64,000 nucleotides of DNA from Tolypothrix carrinoi HA7290-LM1 (GTDB lineage: Bacteria; Cyanobacteriota; Cyanobacteriia; Cyanobacteriales; Nostocaceae). Location of the stretch: positions 1 through 64,000 of the forward strand of contig JAHHIK010000011.1 of NCBI GenBank assembly GCA_019358935.1, given 5' to 3'. The notes beneath the pieces are model-generated. The model saw nothing but the letters and a program-made list of their open reading frames with translations. It searched no databases and had not been told where the DNA came from. A program made the position numbers and the translations under genes. Shown in pieces: positions 10,804 through 22,145 of this stretch (position 1 is its first letter; every line of letters starts with the position of its first letter).

Positions 10804-11352
10804 ATGGCGACAACAAGACTCAAAAATTTATACCAAGAGACAATCGTCCCCAAACTGATGAATCAGTTTCAATACACCAACGTTCATCAGGTACCCAAGT
10901 TGCTAAAAATCACCGTGAACCGGGGATTGGGGGAAGCTGCTTCCAACGCTAAAGCCTTAGAAGCCTCGTTAAGCGAAATTGCGGTGATCACAGGTCAAAA
11001 ACCGGTAGTCACACGGGCGAAAAAGGCGATCGCTGGCTTCAAAATTCGTCAAGGAATGCCTGTTGGGATCATGGTGACACTTAGAGGCGAACGAATGTAC
11101 GCCTTTATTGACCGACTAATCAGCCTTTCTTTGCCTAGAATTAGAGACTTTCGCGGCATTAGTCCCAAAAGCTTTGATGGTCGGGGAAATTACACTCTCG
11201 GCGTAAGAGAACAGTTAATTTTTCCAGAAGTCGAGTACGATAGCATCGATCAAGTACGTGGTATGGATATTTCCATCATCACCAGCGCAAAAAATGACGA
11301 AGAGGGACGCGCGTTACTCAAAGAAATGGGAATGCCCTTTCGCGATCAATAA
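10804..11352 (+). CDS. rplE: 50S ribosomal protein L5
   Basis: '[21 protein letters not shown]', 'LPRIRDFRG'. Confidence 0.99.
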   Translation: MATTRLKNLYQETIVPKLMNQFQYTNVHQVPKLLKITVNRGLGEAASNAKALEASLSEIAVITGQKPVVTRAKKAIAGFKIRQGMPVGIMVTLRGERMYAFIDRLISLSLPRIRDFRGISPKSFDGRGNYTLGVREQLIFPEVEYDSIDQVRGMDISIITSAKNDEEGRALLKEMGMPFRDQ

Positions 11353-11374
11353 GTAACTGTTATACGAGGGAACG

Positions 11375-11776
11375 ATGGCGGCTAACGACACAATTGCAGA
11401 TATGCTGACGCGCATCCGCAATGCTACTATGGCGAGGCATCAAACAACACTAGTGCCAGCGACAAAAACAACCCGTAGTATTGCCAAAGTGCTTCGTGAA
11501 GAAGGCTTTATTTCCGAATACGAAGAAGCAGAAGATGGAGTAAAGCGTAACTTGGTGATTGCCCTGAAATACAAGGGTAAAAATCGCCAGCCTTTAATCA
11601 CTGCCTTAAAGCGGGTAAGCAAACCAGGCTTGCGGGTTTACTCCAACAAAAAAGAATTACCACGGGTACTAGGCGGTATTGGCATTGCCATTATTTCTAC
11701 ATCCAGTGGCATCATGACCGATCGCGAAGCGCGACGTCAAAACTTGGGTGGTGAAGTACTTTGCTATGTTTGGTAA
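11375..11776 (+). CDS. rpsH: 30S ribosomal protein S8
   Basis: '[13 protein letters not shown]', 'SKPGLRVY'. Confidence 0.99.
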   Translation: MAANDTIADMLTRIRNATMARHQTTLVPATKTTRSIAKVLREEGFISEYEEAEDGVKRNLVIALKYKGKNRQPLITALKRVSKPGLRVYSNKKELPRVLGGIGIAIISTSSGIMTDREARRQNLGGEVLCYVW

Positions 11777-11934
11777 GAAAGTTAGTGGTTAGTAGGAGCG
11801 TAGATAGTGGTTAGTAGATAGTGGTTAGTAGATAGTAGGAGCGTAGTTCATAAAACAACTAACAAATAACAACTAACAACTAACAACTAACAACTAACAA
11901 CCAACAACTAACAAATAACAAAGGATAAAAATTT

Positions 11935-12483
11935 ATGTCTCGAATTGGTAAACGTCCAATTACAGTCCCCGCTAAAGTACAAATAACAGTTGATGGGACT
12001 TTAGTTGTAGTCAAAGGTCCAAAAGGTGAACTTTCTCGCGACCTGCCGACTAATGTGATTGTCTCTCAAGAAGGGGAAATATTACAAGTAAATCGGCGCG
12101 ATGATTCCCGCACATCTCGGCAGCTACACGGTTTATGCCGTACCTTAGTTGCCAACATGGTAGAAGGAGTTTCCACAGGTTTTCAACGTCGCTTGGAAAT
12201 TCAAGGGGTAGGTTACAGGGCACAAGTTCAAGGTCGTAACCTAATTCTGAATATGGGTTATAGCCATCAAATCCAAATTGCCCCACCAGAGGGAATTCAG
12301 TTTGCAGTTGAAGGCACCACTAACGTCATCGTTAGCGGGTATGACAAAGAAATAGTAGGTAACACCGCAGCGAAAATTCGCGAAGTTCGCCGACCAGAAC
12401 CTTATAAAGGTAAAGGTATTCGCTACGCCGGTGAAGTGGTTAGACGTAAAGCTGGTAAGACTGGTAAGGGTGGTAAGAAGTAA
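11935..12483 (+). CDS. rplF: 50S ribosomal protein L6
   Basis: 'MSRIGKRPI', '[11 protein letters not shown]'. Confidence 0.99.
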   Translation: MSRIGKRPITVPAKVQITVDGTLVVVKGPKGELSRDLPTNVIVSQEGEILQVNRRDDSRTSRQLHGLCRTLVANMVEGVSTGFQRRLEIQGVGYRAQVQGRNLILNMGYSHQIQIAPPEGIQFAVEGTTNVIVSGYDKEIVGNTAAKIREVRRPEPYKGKGIRYAGEVVRRKAGKTGKGGKK

Positions 12484-12485
12484 AA

Positions 12486-12848
12486 ATGAAACTTACTCGC
12501 AAAGAATCTAAACAGCGTCGCCATCGACGCGTCCGTGGGAAAGTAAGCGGTTCTGAAGAACGTCCCCGTTTAGCTGTATTTCGCTCGAACGAGCATATTT
12601 ACGCTCAGGTAATTGATGATACCAAGCATCACACCATTGTGGCGGCTTCGAGTGTAGAACCAGATTTGAAATCTAATTTGGCTACAGGAGCGAACCGAGA
12701 AGCTAGTGTGCAAGTTGGCAAGTTGATTGCAGCGCGATCGCTCGAAAAAGGCATAACTCAAGTAGTTTTTGATCGCGGTGGTAATTTATATCACGGTCGC
12801 ATCAAAGCTTTAGCTGATGCAGCACGAGAAGCCGGCTTAGATTTCTAA
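12486..12848 (+). CDS. rplR: 50S ribosomal protein L18
   Basis: '[16 protein letters not shown]', '[12 protein letters not shown]'. Confidence 0.99.
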   Translation: MKLTRKESKQRRHRRVRGKVSGSEERPRLAVFRSNEHIYAQVIDDTKHHTIVAASSVEPDLKSNLATGANREASVQVGKLIAARSLEKGITQVVFDRGGNLYHGRIKALADAAREAGLDF

Positions 12849-12991
12849 AATTAGTAATTAGTTAGTGGGAGCGTTGATAGTGGATAGTAGGAGCGTGGGA
12901 GCGTAAATAGTAGAGCAACTAACAAATAACAAATAACAACTAACAACTAACAACCAACAACTAACAACCAACAACCTACATAGCATTAATT

Positions 12992-13519
12992 ATGGCAACC
13001 GAGCGTAAAAACAAAACAAAACGCGCCAAAAAAGAAGAGACAACTTGGCAAGAACGGGTGATTCAGATCCGACGCGTCAGCAAAGTCGTTAAGGGAGGTA
13101 AAAAACTCAGCTTCCGAGCGATCGTTGTCGTTGGTAACGAACGCGGTCAAGTTGGCGTGGGAGTAGGTAAAGCTTCAGATGTAATTGGTGCCGTTAAAAA
13201 AGGCGTAGCCGACGGCAAAAAGCATCTGATCGAAATCCCCATGACCAAATCCAACTCCATTCCTCATCCGATTGATGGCACCGGTGGTGGCGCAAAAGTA
13301 ATAATGCGACCAGCATCTCCAGGAACCGGGGTAATTGCCGGTGGTGCTGTCCGTACCGTATTGGAGTTAGCCGGAGTTCGCAACATTTTAGCCAAACAAC
13401 TCGGCTCCAACAATCCACTCAATAATGCTAGAGCCGCAGTTAATGCCTTATCTACTCTGCGTACCTTCGCTGAAGTTGCCGAAGATAGAGGCGTTCCCAT
13501 TGAGAATCTCTATATCTAA
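12992..13519 (+). CDS. rpsE: 30S ribosomal protein S5
   Basis: '[14 protein letters not shown]', 'GTGVIAGG'. Confidence 0.99.
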   Translation: MATERKNKTKRAKKEETTWQERVIQIRRVSKVVKGGKKLSFRAIVVVGNERGQVGVGVGKASDVIGAVKKGVADGKKHLIEIPMTKSNSIPHPIDGTGGGAKVIMRPASPGTGVIAGGAVRTVLELAGVRNILAKQLGSNNPLNNARAAVNALSTLRTFAEVAEDRGVPIENLYI

Positions 13520-13627
13520 GTAGTTATTTGTTCTTAGTTAGTGGTTAGTAGGAAACTCAACCAACAACCAATGACTAACAATTAACAACGCTCCAACTAA
13601 CAACTAACAACTAACAGCGTTGCAATT

Positions 13628-14071
13628 ATGAGACTAAATGATGTTCGTCCTCAAAAAGGCTCGAAAAAACGCGGTAAGCGTGTAGGTCGAGGTATTTCTG
13701 CCGGTCAAGGTGCCAGTGCTGGTTTAGGTATGCGGGGTCAAAAATCTCGCTCTGGTAGCAGCACCCGACCTGGTTTTGAAGGTGGTCAACAGCCGTTGTA
13801 TCGCCGTATCCCTAAGTTAAAGGGCTTTCCAATTATTAATCGTAAAAATTACACTACGATTAATGTAGAGAAACTAGCTTCCCTTCCTGCCAATACAGAA
13901 GTTACTTTGGAATCTTTAAAGGCATCAGGTATTATTACTAGTGCCAAAGCACCATTGAAAATTTTGGGCAATGGGGAATTGAGCGTTGCGCTCAATGTTA
14001 AAGCGGCAGCTTTCACAAGCCAAGCTCGAAGCAAAATTGAGGCAGCTGGTGGGAGTTGTGAAGTTATATGA
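13628..14071 (+). CDS. rplO: 50S ribosomal protein L15
   Basis: '[11 protein letters not shown]', '[15 protein letters not shown]'. Confidence 0.99.
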   Translation: MRLNDVRPQKGSKKRGKRVGRGISAGQGASAGLGMRGQKSRSGSSTRPGFEGGQQPLYRRIPKLKGFPIINRKNYTTINVEKLASLPANTEVTLESLKASGIITSAKAPLKILGNGELSVALNVKAAAFTSQARSKIEAAGGSCEVI

Positions 14072-14184
14072 ATGATGAAGGATGAAGGATGAAGGATGAA
14101 AAATATATACTTCACATTTTATACTTCTGACGATCGTACTTCACACTTCACACTTCATACTTCATACTTCAAAGGTAGCCCTTT

Positions 14185-15498
14185 ATGATTAGTCGAGACA
14201 AAGCCCCAACGGCTCAAGAAACTTTTATGCAGATGGCGCAAGCAGCTGGGCTAAGAGGTCGGCTGCTTGTCACCGTCGGTATTTTAATTTTGATTCGCCT
14301 GGGCATCTTTTTGCCGGTGCCAGGAATTAATCGCGAGTTGTTTGGTCAAGCTATCCAAAACAACAGCGCTATATTCGGGTTGTTAGACATATTCTCAGGA
14401 CGCGGACTTTCTACTTTGGGAGTCTTCGCCTTGGGCATCTTGCCTTACATTAACGCTTCCATTATTATCCAATTGCTCACGACTGCGATTCCAGCTTTAG
14501 AAAATTTACAGAAAAATGAAGGGGAAGCTGGACGGCGAAAAATTTCCCAAATTACACGCTATGTATCTTTAGGTTGGGCGATTGTTCAAAGTTTTGCTTT
14601 TTCGGCATTTTTCCTTCAACAATTTGCCGTGAATCCGGGTCCGGTTTTTGTAGCAGAAACAGCGATCGCTCTCACAGCTGGTTCTATGTTCGTTATGTGG
14701 GCATCAGAACTAATCACCGAGCGAGGCATTGGTAATGGAGCATCTTTGTTGATTTTTGTCAACATTGTCGCCTCACTACCAAAATCTTTGGGCGATACCA
14801 TCGACTTGGTGCAAGTCGGCGGTCGGGAAATAGTCGGGCGTGTAATTGTACTAATATTAGTGTTCTTGGCAACGATTGTTGGGATTGTCTTTGTTCAAGA
14901 AGGAACGCGGCGCATCCCAATTATTTCCGCTCGTCGTCAAGTTGGTCGGCGTGTTTTGGCAGAGCAACGTAGCTATCTACCCCTGCGGCTAAATCAAGGC
15001 GGTGTCATGCCGATTATTTTTGCGGCTGCCATCTTGAGTTTGCCACTTTTGCTCGCGAATTTTAGCAAAAATCCGGACTTGATTAATATTGTTAACAATT
15101 ATCTGAGTCCGGGTGGTTCTGCGCCTTGGGCATACTCGCTGATTTACCTCGTTTCTATTGTTTTCTTCAGCTACTTCTACTCTTCGTTGATTCTTAACCC
15201 AGTAGATGTGGCGCAGAACTTGAAAAAAATGGGTTCTAGCATTCCTGGCGTTCGTCCGGGTAAAACAACGAGCGAGTATATTGAGCGCGTGACGAATCGA
15301 CTAACTTTTTTAGGTGCTATCTTTTTGGGCTTGGTTGCGATTATTCCCACTGCTGTCGAAAGCTCTTTAGGTGTGCCAACTTTTAAAGGACTTGGCGCAA
15401 CCAGCTTGCTAATTCTGGTTGGTGTGGCGATTGACACAGCAAAACAAGTCCAAACTTACGTCATCTCTCAGCGCTATGAAGGAATGGTGAAACAATAG
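14185..15498 (+). CDS. secY: Preprotein translocase subunit SecY
   Basis: 'FALGILPYINASII', 'ITERGIGNGASL', 'GVMPIIFA', 'IPGVRPG'. Confidence 0.99.
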   Translation: MISRDKAPTAQETFMQMAQAAGLRGRLLVTVGILILIRLGIFLPVPGINRELFGQAIQNNSAIFGLLDIFSGRGLSTLGVFALGILPYINASIIIQLLTTAIPALENLQKNEGEAGRRKISQITRYVSLGWAIVQSFAFSAFFLQQFAVNPGPVFVAETAIALTAGSMFVMWASELITERGIGNGASLLIFVNIVASLPKSLGDTIDLVQVGGREIVGRVIVLILVFLATIVGIVFVQEGTRRIPIISARRQVGRRVLAEQRSYLPLRLNQGGVMPIIFAAAILSLPLLLANFSKNPDLINIVNNYLSPGGSAPWAYSLIYLVSIVFFSYFYSSLILNPVDVAQNLKKMGSSIPGVRPGKTTSEYIERVTNRLTFLGAIFLGLVAIIPTAVESSLGVPTFKGLGATSLLILVGVAIDTAKQVQTYVISQRYEGMVKQ

Positions 15499-16055
15499 TG
15501 ACGCGATTAATCTTCTTGGGACCGCCTGGAGCTGGTAAGGGAACTCAAGCTCAAAACTTAGCTTACGAGTGCAATATTCCCCATATTTCCACGGGTGATA
15601 TTTTGCGTCAAGCAATGAAAGAGCAAACCCTTTTAGGAATCAAAGCTCAAAATTACGTTGATAGCGGCGAATTGGTTCCCGACCTGCTAGTCCAAGAGCT
15701 AGTGCAGGAGCGCCTCAACCAACCGGATACTAAGTCAGGATGGATTTTAGATGGCTTTCCGCGCAAAGTAACGCAAGCAGTTTTTTTGCAAGAATTGCTG
15801 CAAAAAATGCACGTTCCTAACGGTGAAAAGGTGGTCAATCTGGATGTACCAGATGATGTGGTGGTAGCACGTTTACTCGAACGCGGACGAAAAGATGATA
15901 CTGAAGAAGTGATTCGTCGTCGCTTAGAAGTTTATCGCAATGAAACTGCACCTTTGATTGATTATTACAAAGCGAAGCAACAACTCGTCATCGTCAATGG
16001 TAATCAATCCCAAGAAGAAGTCACTAATGAACTCAAGAAGGTAATCGCTTTTTAG
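15498..16055 (+). CDS. adk: Adenylate kinase
   Basis: 'GPPGAGKGTQ', 'HISTGDILR', 'LDGFPR'. Confidence 0.99.
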   Translation: MTRLIFLGPPGAGKGTQAQNLAYECNIPHISTGDILRQAMKEQTLLGIKAQNYVDSGELVPDLLVQELVQERLNQPDTKSGWILDGFPRKVTQAVFLQELLQKMHVPNGEKVVNLDVPDDVVVARLLERGRKDDTEEVIRRRLEVYRNETAPLIDYYKAKQQLVIVNGNQSQEEVTNELKKVIAF

Positions 16056-16077
16056 TTTCACTCATGGGGACTCCTTG

Positions 16078-16138
16078 GAGGACAAGGAGGACAAGGAGGA
16101 CAAGGAGGACAAGGAGGACAAGGAGGACAAGGAGGACT
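16078..16138. repeat. 9-nt tandem repeat (GGACAAGGA)n
   Basis: About six GAGGACAAG units between adk and infA. Confidence 0.9.
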
Positions 16139-16307
16139 CCTTGGAGAATTTTTCCTCCACTCCCCCACTCCCCCTTAGGGCAGGATGAATTGAAAATTTC
16201 GCTAAAATATATTAAGAAACTGTTGATATAATCGCTCCTTTGTGTTCTCTTGCAGATGTAATTACTGCAACTGTCGGAGGAGACTGTTGAATTGAGGAAA
16301 AAATAAA

Positions 16308-16532
16308 TTGTCTAAACAAGATTTGATTGAAATGGAAGGCACTGTCACAGAGTCCCTACCAAATGCGATGTTTCGCGTTGACCTTGACAATGGCTTTAAT
16401 GTTCTGGCTCATATTTCTGGTAAGATTCGCCGGAACTATATCAAGATTTTACCTGGCGATCGCGTCAAAGTCGAGTTAACTCCCTACGACCTAACAAAGG
16501 GTAGAATCACTTATCGACTGCGGAAAAAGTAG
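16308..16532 (+). CDS. infA: Translation initiation factor IF-1
   Basis: '[58 protein letters not shown]'. Confidence 0.99.
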
Positions 16533-16567
16533 GTAAATGTCCAACTTGATGCTGGAGGTAAATATTA

Positions 16568-16827
16568 TTGCCCAACCAAGATGCAATTCAAACTTGTTGG
16601 TACTATTACCGAAGTCTTACCATCTTCTGAGGTTGAACTAGAGAATGGCTCTACAATCATGAGCTCACAAGTTCCAGGTTGAACTTGACAATGCGTCTAA
16701 TATCTTGGCTTACCTCCCCCGGCATCGTCACTATATCAAAATTTTAGTTGGCGATCGCGTCAAAGTTAAGTTGGATAATAACGACCATCAAAAAGCCAGA
16801 ATCACTTATCGGCTGCGAAAGAAGTAA
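16568..16827 (+). pseudogene. infA: Frameshifted, diverged second copy of infA
   Basis: GGAGG RBS, then TTG; pieces in different frames read MPNQDAIQ / LVGTITEVLP.. / [52 protein letters not shown]. Confidence 0.85.
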
Positions 16828-16941
16828 GTATATGTAGAGAATTTTACCATAAACAACTAGATTTGGTGTTTACCAAAAATTTAACTGACTAAATTCCCTC
16901 AAAATGCTATAATTCACTATTTGGAGTCAATTAAGAACGGC

Positions 16942-17055
16942 ATGAAAGTCAGAGCTTCAGTCAAGAAGATTTGTGAAAAGTGTAACGTGATCAAACGTCG
17001 CGGGCGCGTGATGGTGATTTGTGTTAATCCCAAGCACAAGCAACGTCAGGGATAG
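16942..17055 (+). CDS. rpmJ: 50S ribosomal protein L36 (below the ORF-track cutoff)
   Basis: Manual translation [37 protein letters not shown]. Confidence 0.98.
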   Translation: MKVRASVKKICEKCNVIKRRGRVMVICVNPKHKQRQG

Positions 17056-17160
17056 CATCGATACTGCTAGCAATGACGTTAATCAGGTGAGGCGAGAAAA
17101 ATCACCATCAAAAGATACTAACAGCATTCAAACGCCAGAACAATAGGGAGAAAGCAACAA

Positions 17161-17541
17161 ATGGCACGTATTGCCGGAGTAGACCTTCCACGGGACAAAC
17201 GCGTAGAAATTGGTCTAACTTATATCTACGGAATTGGATTATCTAGATCGCAAGAAATCTTAACTAGTACTGGTGTAAATCCAGACATTCGTGTAAAAGA
17301 CTTAAGTGATGCCGATGTAGCAGCGCTACGGGGAATCATCGAGAGCGACTATCAAGTAGAAGGTGACTTGCGGCGTTTAGAGGCACTGAACATCAAGCGT
17401 CTGATTGATATTGGCACCTACAGAGGTCGTCGTCATCGCATGGGCTTGCCAGTCAGAGGACAGAGAACTCGTACCAACGCCAGAACTCGTCGAGGCAGAC
17501 GGCAGACAGTGGCAGGTAAGAAGAAAGCTCCCGGCAAATAA
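17161..17541 (+). CDS. rpsM: 30S ribosomal protein S13
   Basis: '[10 protein letters not shown]', '[15 protein letters not shown]'. Confidence 0.99.
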   Translation: MARIAGVDLPRDKRVEIGLTYIYGIGLSRSQEILTSTGVNPDIRVKDLSDADVAALRGIIESDYQVEGDLRRLEALNIKRLIDIGTYRGRRHRMGLPVRGQRTRTNARTRRGRRQTVAGKKKAPGK

Positions 17542-17592
17542 ATTTCTTTTGTCTGACAACAATTATTACCATTATTCAACTACACCGAGATT

Positions 17593-17988
17593 ATGGCGCG
17601 ACAACCAACAAAAAAAAGTGGCAGCAAAAAGCAAAAACGCAACGTTCCTAACGGAATGGCATATATCCAGTCTACTTTCAACAATAGCATTGTCACCATT
17701 ACCGATCAAAACGGAGATGTGATTTCTTGGGCAAGTGCTGGTTCTAGCGGTTTTAAAGGAGCAAAAAAGGGAACTCCCTTCGCAGCCCAAACCGCCGCAG
17801 AAAGTGCAGCACGCCGAGCGATGGACTCTGGAATGCGCCAAATAGAGGTAATGGTTTCAGGTCCTGGAGCGGGTAGAGAAACCGCTATCCGGGCACTGCA
17901 AGGAGCCGGATTGGAAATTACACTGATTCGGGATATTACCCCAATTCCTCACAATGGTTGCCGTCCCCCGAAGCGCCGTCGAGTTTAG
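17593..17988 (+). CDS. rpsK: 30S ribosomal protein S11
   Basis: '[12 protein letters not shown]', '[18 protein letters not shown]'. Confidence 0.99.
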   Translation: MARQPTKKSGSKKQKRNVPNGMAYIQSTFNNSIVTITDQNGDVISWASAGSSGFKGAKKGTPFAAQTAAESAARRAMDSGMRQIEVMVSGPGAGRETAIRALQGAGLEITLIRDITPIPHNGCRPPKRRRV

Positions 17989-18178
17989 ACATTACCAGTT
18001 GGGCGATCGCTCCGGACTCGCAGCATCGTCCACAAGCTATGAGTAAAACTTCAAATACCAACATTGGCAGGTAAGCTTTGAAAAAGCTTGCTAGAAGCTC
18101 CAAAGCATTAAGTAAATAAAGGCGAGGCAATTGATTTGCCTGGCGTTGTGTGCACCTTAAAAGAAGGGAGGCTACTCC

Positions 18179-19126
18179 GTGGCGCAGTTTCAAATTGAAT
18201 GTGTAGAATCCAATACTGAGGAAAGTCGGAACCATTACAGTAAATTTGTCTTAGAACCACTAGAGCGCGGTCAGGGAACAACAGTAGGCAACGCCCTGAG
18301 AAGAGTTTTACTATCTAATCTAGAGGGTACAGCAGTTACCGCAGTGCGGATTGCAGGCGTTTCACACGAGTTTGCCACAGTTCCGGGTGTGCGAGAAGAC
18401 GTACTGGAAATCCTCATGAGAATGAAGGAAGTTATCCTGAAAAACTATTCTTCTCAACCCCAGATTGGTCGTTTACTGGTTACAGGTCCAGCCACAATCA
18501 CTGCGGCACATTTTGATTTGCCTAGTGAAGTAGAAGTCATCGACCAAACCCAGTATGTAGCGACCATTGCCGAGGGAGCAAAGCTGGAAATGGAATTCCG
18601 CATCGAGAAAGGCAAAGGATATCGCACCGTAGAGCGAGGACGTGAGGAAGCTACATCTTTAGACTTTCTCCAAATCGACTCCGTGTTTATGCCAGTGCGG
18701 AAAGTTAATTATAGTGTTGAAGACTTCCGTGGAGATAACTCCACACCAAAAGACCGACTATTGTTGGAAGTTTGGACAAATGGCAGTATCTCACCTCAAG
18801 AAGCACTTTCCTCTGCTGCTGGTATCTTGGTAGATTTATTCAATCCTTTGAAAGATATCTCCCTCGATCCAGTAGATACAGGCGCTGAGATTTCAGAAGA
18901 CCCAACCGCTCAGATTCCGATTGAAGAATTGCAGCTTTCTGTACGAGCTTATAACTGTCTCAAACGAGCACAAGTAAACTCTGTAGCAGACTTGTTGGAT
19001 TTTACCCAAGAAGACCTCTTAGAAATCAAAAACTTCGGTCAGAAGTCGGCAGAAGAAGTAGTAGAAGCTTTGCAACGACGCTTAGGCATTACTCTGCCGC
19101 AGGAAAGAGGCTCAAAACACGCATAG
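18179..19126 (+). CDS. rpoA: RNA polymerase alpha subunit
   Basis: 'EPLERGQGTTVGNALRRVLLS', 'LSVRAYNCLK', 'KNFGQKS'. Confidence 0.99.
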   Translation: MAQFQIECVESNTEESRNHYSKFVLEPLERGQGTTVGNALRRVLLSNLEGTAVTAVRIAGVSHEFATVPGVREDVLEILMRMKEVILKNYSSQPQIGRLLVTGPATITAAHFDLPSEVEVIDQTQYVATIAEGAKLEMEFRIEKGKGYRTVERGREEATSLDFLQIDSVFMPVRKVNYSVEDFRGDNSTPKDRLLLEVWTNGSISPQEALSSAAGILVDLFNPLKDISLDPVDTGAEISEDPTAQIPIEELQLSVRAYNCLKRAQVNSVADLLDFTQEDLLEIKNFGQKSAEEVVEALQRRLGITLPQERGSKHA

Positions 19127-19324
19127 TTGGTTGGAGCGTAGTTAGTAGTTAGTAGTTATTAGTTATTGGCTGATTAACAACTAACAATTCCCCAACTAAC
19201 AACCCTTCGCTCCTCAAAGGCTGTGCTTTGTCTGTCGCTTCTAGCCGCTCTTGTTGCACTGGCTCACTAACAATTCCCCAACTAACAATTCCCCAACTAA
19301 CAACTAACAACTAACAAAAAAATT

Positions 19325-19675
19325 ATGCGTCACCGTTGTCGCGTTAAAAAACTTAGTAAGCCAGCCGATCAGCGTCGGGCTTTATTGCGATCGCTCACCA
19401 CCGAGCTGATTCGTCATGGTCGGATCACCACCACTTTAATTCGCGCTAAAGTTTTGCGAAGCGAAGTGGATAAAATGATTACCCTAGCCAAAGATGGTTC
19501 GCTGACAGCACGTCGTCAAGCCCTTGGCTATATCTTCGACAAACAACTTGTTCATGCGTTGTTTGAGCAAGCCCCCACCAGATATGGTAATCGTCAAGGT
19601 GGTTATACCCGCATTCTACATACCGTCCCGCGTCGGGGTGATAATGCGGAAATGGCAATAATTGAATTAGTCTGA
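19325..19675 (+). CDS. rplQ: 50S ribosomal protein L17
   Basis: 'MRHR', 'RQGGYTRI', '[14 protein letters not shown]'. Confidence 0.99.
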   Translation: MRHRCRVKKLSKPADQRRALLRSLTTELIRHGRITTTLIRAKVLRSEVDKMITLAKDGSLTARRQALGYIFDKQLVHALFEQAPTRYGNRQGGYTRILHTVPRRGDNAEMAIIELV

Positions 19676-19750
19676 GTCATTAGTCATTGGTCATAAGTTT
19701 ACGAATCTTGAACAAATGACTTTTGACAATTGACTTTTGACCAAATCCGT

Positions 19751-20575
19751 ATGTTAGAAAGCCACCACCCTACACCAACTTATAGAGTAGCCCTAGTAAT
19801 TCAATACCTGGGCACTCATTTTCATGGGTGGCAACGGCAACTACAACAGCGCACCGTGCAAGAAGAGATAGAAAAAGCTATCTCAGTTATACTGGGGTAT
19901 CATGTGACACTACACGGCGCAGGGCGAACCGACGCCGGAGTTCACGCGGCAGCTCAAGTAGCCCATTTTGATGCCACAGGTAGAATTCCCGCCGAAAAGT
20001 GGGCAACAGTTCTTAATAGCTATCTGCCCAAAGATATATTGATTCGGGCTTCGGCAGGTGTAAGTAACAGTTGGCACGCTCGCTTTAGTGCAGCTTATCG
20101 ACGGTATCGCTACACACTTTACACCGAAGACCGACCGAACTTGTTCGTTAAACCCTTTAGTTGGCATTATTATTATGCACCCCTGGATGAAGCTTTAATT
20201 CAGGCTGCCCTTAAACCCTTGATGGGAAAGCATCATTTAGCTGCTTTTCACCGTGCGGGTTCAAAGCGCAAGCATTCCTGGGTAGAAGTGCAAGCAGCGG
20301 AGTGTTATCGATCGGGATCGTTTCTTCATATTGAAATTCAGGCAGATGGATTTTTGTATGGCATGGTGCGGCTGTTGGTAGGAATGCTGGTAGAAGTAGG
20401 TTCACACGAGCGATCGCTTTCTAACTTTACAGAAATCTGGACATATCAACACCGGGAAAAAGTAAAATATGCCGCACCCCCCCAAGGATTATGCTTGTTG
20501 CGAGTCGGCTATCCAGATTTTCCCTTTCCCCAAGAAGTTTGGTACGACACCTTACCAAAATTAATTTTTAGTTAG
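19751..20575 (+). CDS. truA: tRNA pseudouridine(38-40) synthase
   Basis: 'YLGTHFHGWQRQ', 'AGRTDAGVHA', 'GFLYGMVR'; ATG at 19751 preferred over the TTG at 19730. Confidence 0.97.
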   Translation: MLESHHPTPTYRVALVIQYLGTHFHGWQRQLQQRTVQEEIEKAISVILGYHVTLHGAGRTDAGVHAAAQVAHFDATGRIPAEKWATVLNSYLPKDILIRASAGVSNSWHARFSAAYRRYRYTLYTEDRPNLFVKPFSWHYYYAPLDEALIQAALKPLMGKHHLAAFHRAGSKRKHSWVEVQAAECYRSGSFLHIEIQADGFLYGMVRLLVGMLVEVGSHERSLSNFTEIWTYQHREKVKYAAPPQGLCLLRVGYPDFPFPQEVWYDTLPKLIFS

Positions 20576-20732
20576 GAGTTAGGAGTTAGGAGTTAGCGGT
20601 TAGTGGTTAGTGGTTAGTGGTTAGTGGTTAAAAGTTAGTAGAACAACTAGAACAACCAACAACTATCTACCAACAACTATCAACCAACAACTATCAACTA
20701 ACCACTAACAAATGACAAAGGACAAAGGACAA

Positions 20733-21194
20733 ATGACAACAAACAAAACTTACCTTCCTCCCGTAGCAACGATTGAGCGTGAGTGGTACGTAGTAGACGC
20801 CACCGACAAACGCTTAGGTCGCCTCGCCACCGAAATCGCCATGATTTTGCGCGGTAAAAATAAACCAGAATATACCCCTCACATGGACACAGGCGGCTTC
20901 GTCATTGTCGTCAATGCCGAAAAAGTCACAGTCACAGGCAAAAAACGTACTCAAAAAGTCTACCGTCGCCACTCCGGTCGTCCCGGTGGAATGAAAACCG
21001 AAACCTTCGCCAAGCTGCAAGACCGCATACCAGAACGGATTATCGAACACGCCGTCAAAGGTATGCTACCGAAAAACAGCCTAGGGAAGCAGTTATTTAC
21101 CAAACTGAAAGTTTACGCTGGTGCAGATCATCCCCACGCAGCGCAACAACCGAAAGAACTACAAATTAATACAATTCCTGGAGCCGAAAACTAA
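20733..21194 (+). CDS. rplM: 50S ribosomal protein L13
   Basis: 'WYVVDA..LGRLA', 'KGMLPKN'; the upstream ATG at 20712 lies in repeat-derived sequence. Confidence 0.98.
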   Translation: MTTNKTYLPPVATIEREWYVVDATDKRLGRLATEIAMILRGKNKPEYTPHMDTGGFVIVVNAEKVTVTGKKRTQKVYRRHSGRPGGMKTETFAKLQDRIPERIIEHAVKGMLPKNSLGKQLFTKLKVYAGADHPHAAQQPKELQINTIPGAEN

Positions 21195-21610
21195 TGCAAG
21201 CAGTAGACACCAACAGCGGTCGCGCCGTTTACTGGGGTACTGGTCGCCGTAAATCCGCAGTCGCACGGGTACGCCTAGTTCCAGGTACCGGTCAGATGAC
21301 CGTAAATGGCAAACCTGGAGATTTATACTTCCAATTCAACGCCAACTACCTAGGAGTCATTAAAGCGCCCCTAGAAACTTTGGGACTGGAAAACGAATAT
21401 GACATTTTGGTGAAAGCTGAAGGTGGCGGCTTAACCGGACAAGCGGATTCAGTTCGCTTAGGAGTCGCCCGTGCGCTGTGTCAGCTAGACCCAGAAAACC
21501 GCCCACCTTTGAAAACCGAAGGCTACCTCACCCGCGACCCACGGGCGAAAGAGCGGAAAAAATACGGCTTGCACAAAGCCCGCAAAGCACCTCAGTACTC
21601 GAAACGGTAA
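21194..21610 (+). CDS. rpsI: 30S ribosomal protein S9
   Basis: '[12 protein letters not shown]', '[19 protein letters not shown]'. Confidence 0.99.
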   Translation: MQAVDTNSGRAVYWGTGRRKSAVARVRLVPGTGQMTVNGKPGDLYFQFNANYLGVIKAPLETLGLENEYDILVKAEGGGLTGQADSVRLGVARALCQLDPENRPPLKTEGYLTRDPRAKERKKYGLHKARKAPQYSKR

Positions 21611-21615
21611 GCGAT

Positions 21616-21760
21616 TGGGCATGGGCATGGGGACAAGGAGACAAGGGGGACAAGGGGACAAGGGGACAAGGGGGACAAGGGGACAAGGGGGACAATTCTT
21701 TCCCCCCATCCCCCCCTCTCCCCATCCCCCCATTACCCATTACCCATTACCCGTCCCCAG
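21616..21760. repeat. STRR/GGGGACAA repeat cluster with complementary downstream arm
   Basis: (GGGGACAA)n followed by CCCCCAT/CCCATTA units. Confidence 0.85.
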
Positions 21761-21794
21761 TTATAATTTATATAGATTAACCACGAACAAGTAA

Positions 21795-22043
21795 ATGGCT
21801 AAACCTGATATTCATCCCCAGTGGTATCCAGAAGCTAAAGTTTACTGCAACGGTCAAGTTGTTATGACCATTGGCTCAACCAAGCCAGAATTGCACGTAG
21901 ATGTTTGGTCTGGAAACCACCCATTCTATACCGGCACTCAGAAGATGATTGACACCGAAGGTCGAGTAGAACGCTTCCTTCGCAAGTACGGTATGTCCTC
22001 ATCGTCAGGCGAAGAAGGCGCAGGCGGCAAAAAGAAAAAGTAG
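21795..22043 (+). CDS. rpmE: 50S ribosomal protein L31
   Basis: 'DIHPQW', 'DVWSGNHPFYTG', 'GRVERF'. Confidence 0.98.
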   Translation: MAKPDIHPQWYPEAKVYCNGQVVMTIGSTKPELHVDVWSGNHPFYTGTQKMIDTEGRVERFLRKYGMSSSSGEEGAGGKKKK

Positions 22044-22067
22044 CAAAAAGGCTTGGGCAGTGTTTAC

Positions 22068-22104
22068 GACGACCCTGTACTTTTCGGGGTCGATTGTCTT
22101 TTTT
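22068..22104 (+). terminator. Candidate intrinsic terminator after rpmE
   Basis: CGACCCTG/CGGGGTCG stem followed closely by a T-run. Confidence 0.5.
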
Positions 22105-22145
22105 CCTAAGCCAATTTGTTATTTAAAGGAGCGCGAGCATTCGTC

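Noticed and set aside
21795..22043. L31 lacking the four-cysteine zinc motif
   Set aside because: Usual for cyanobacterial L31
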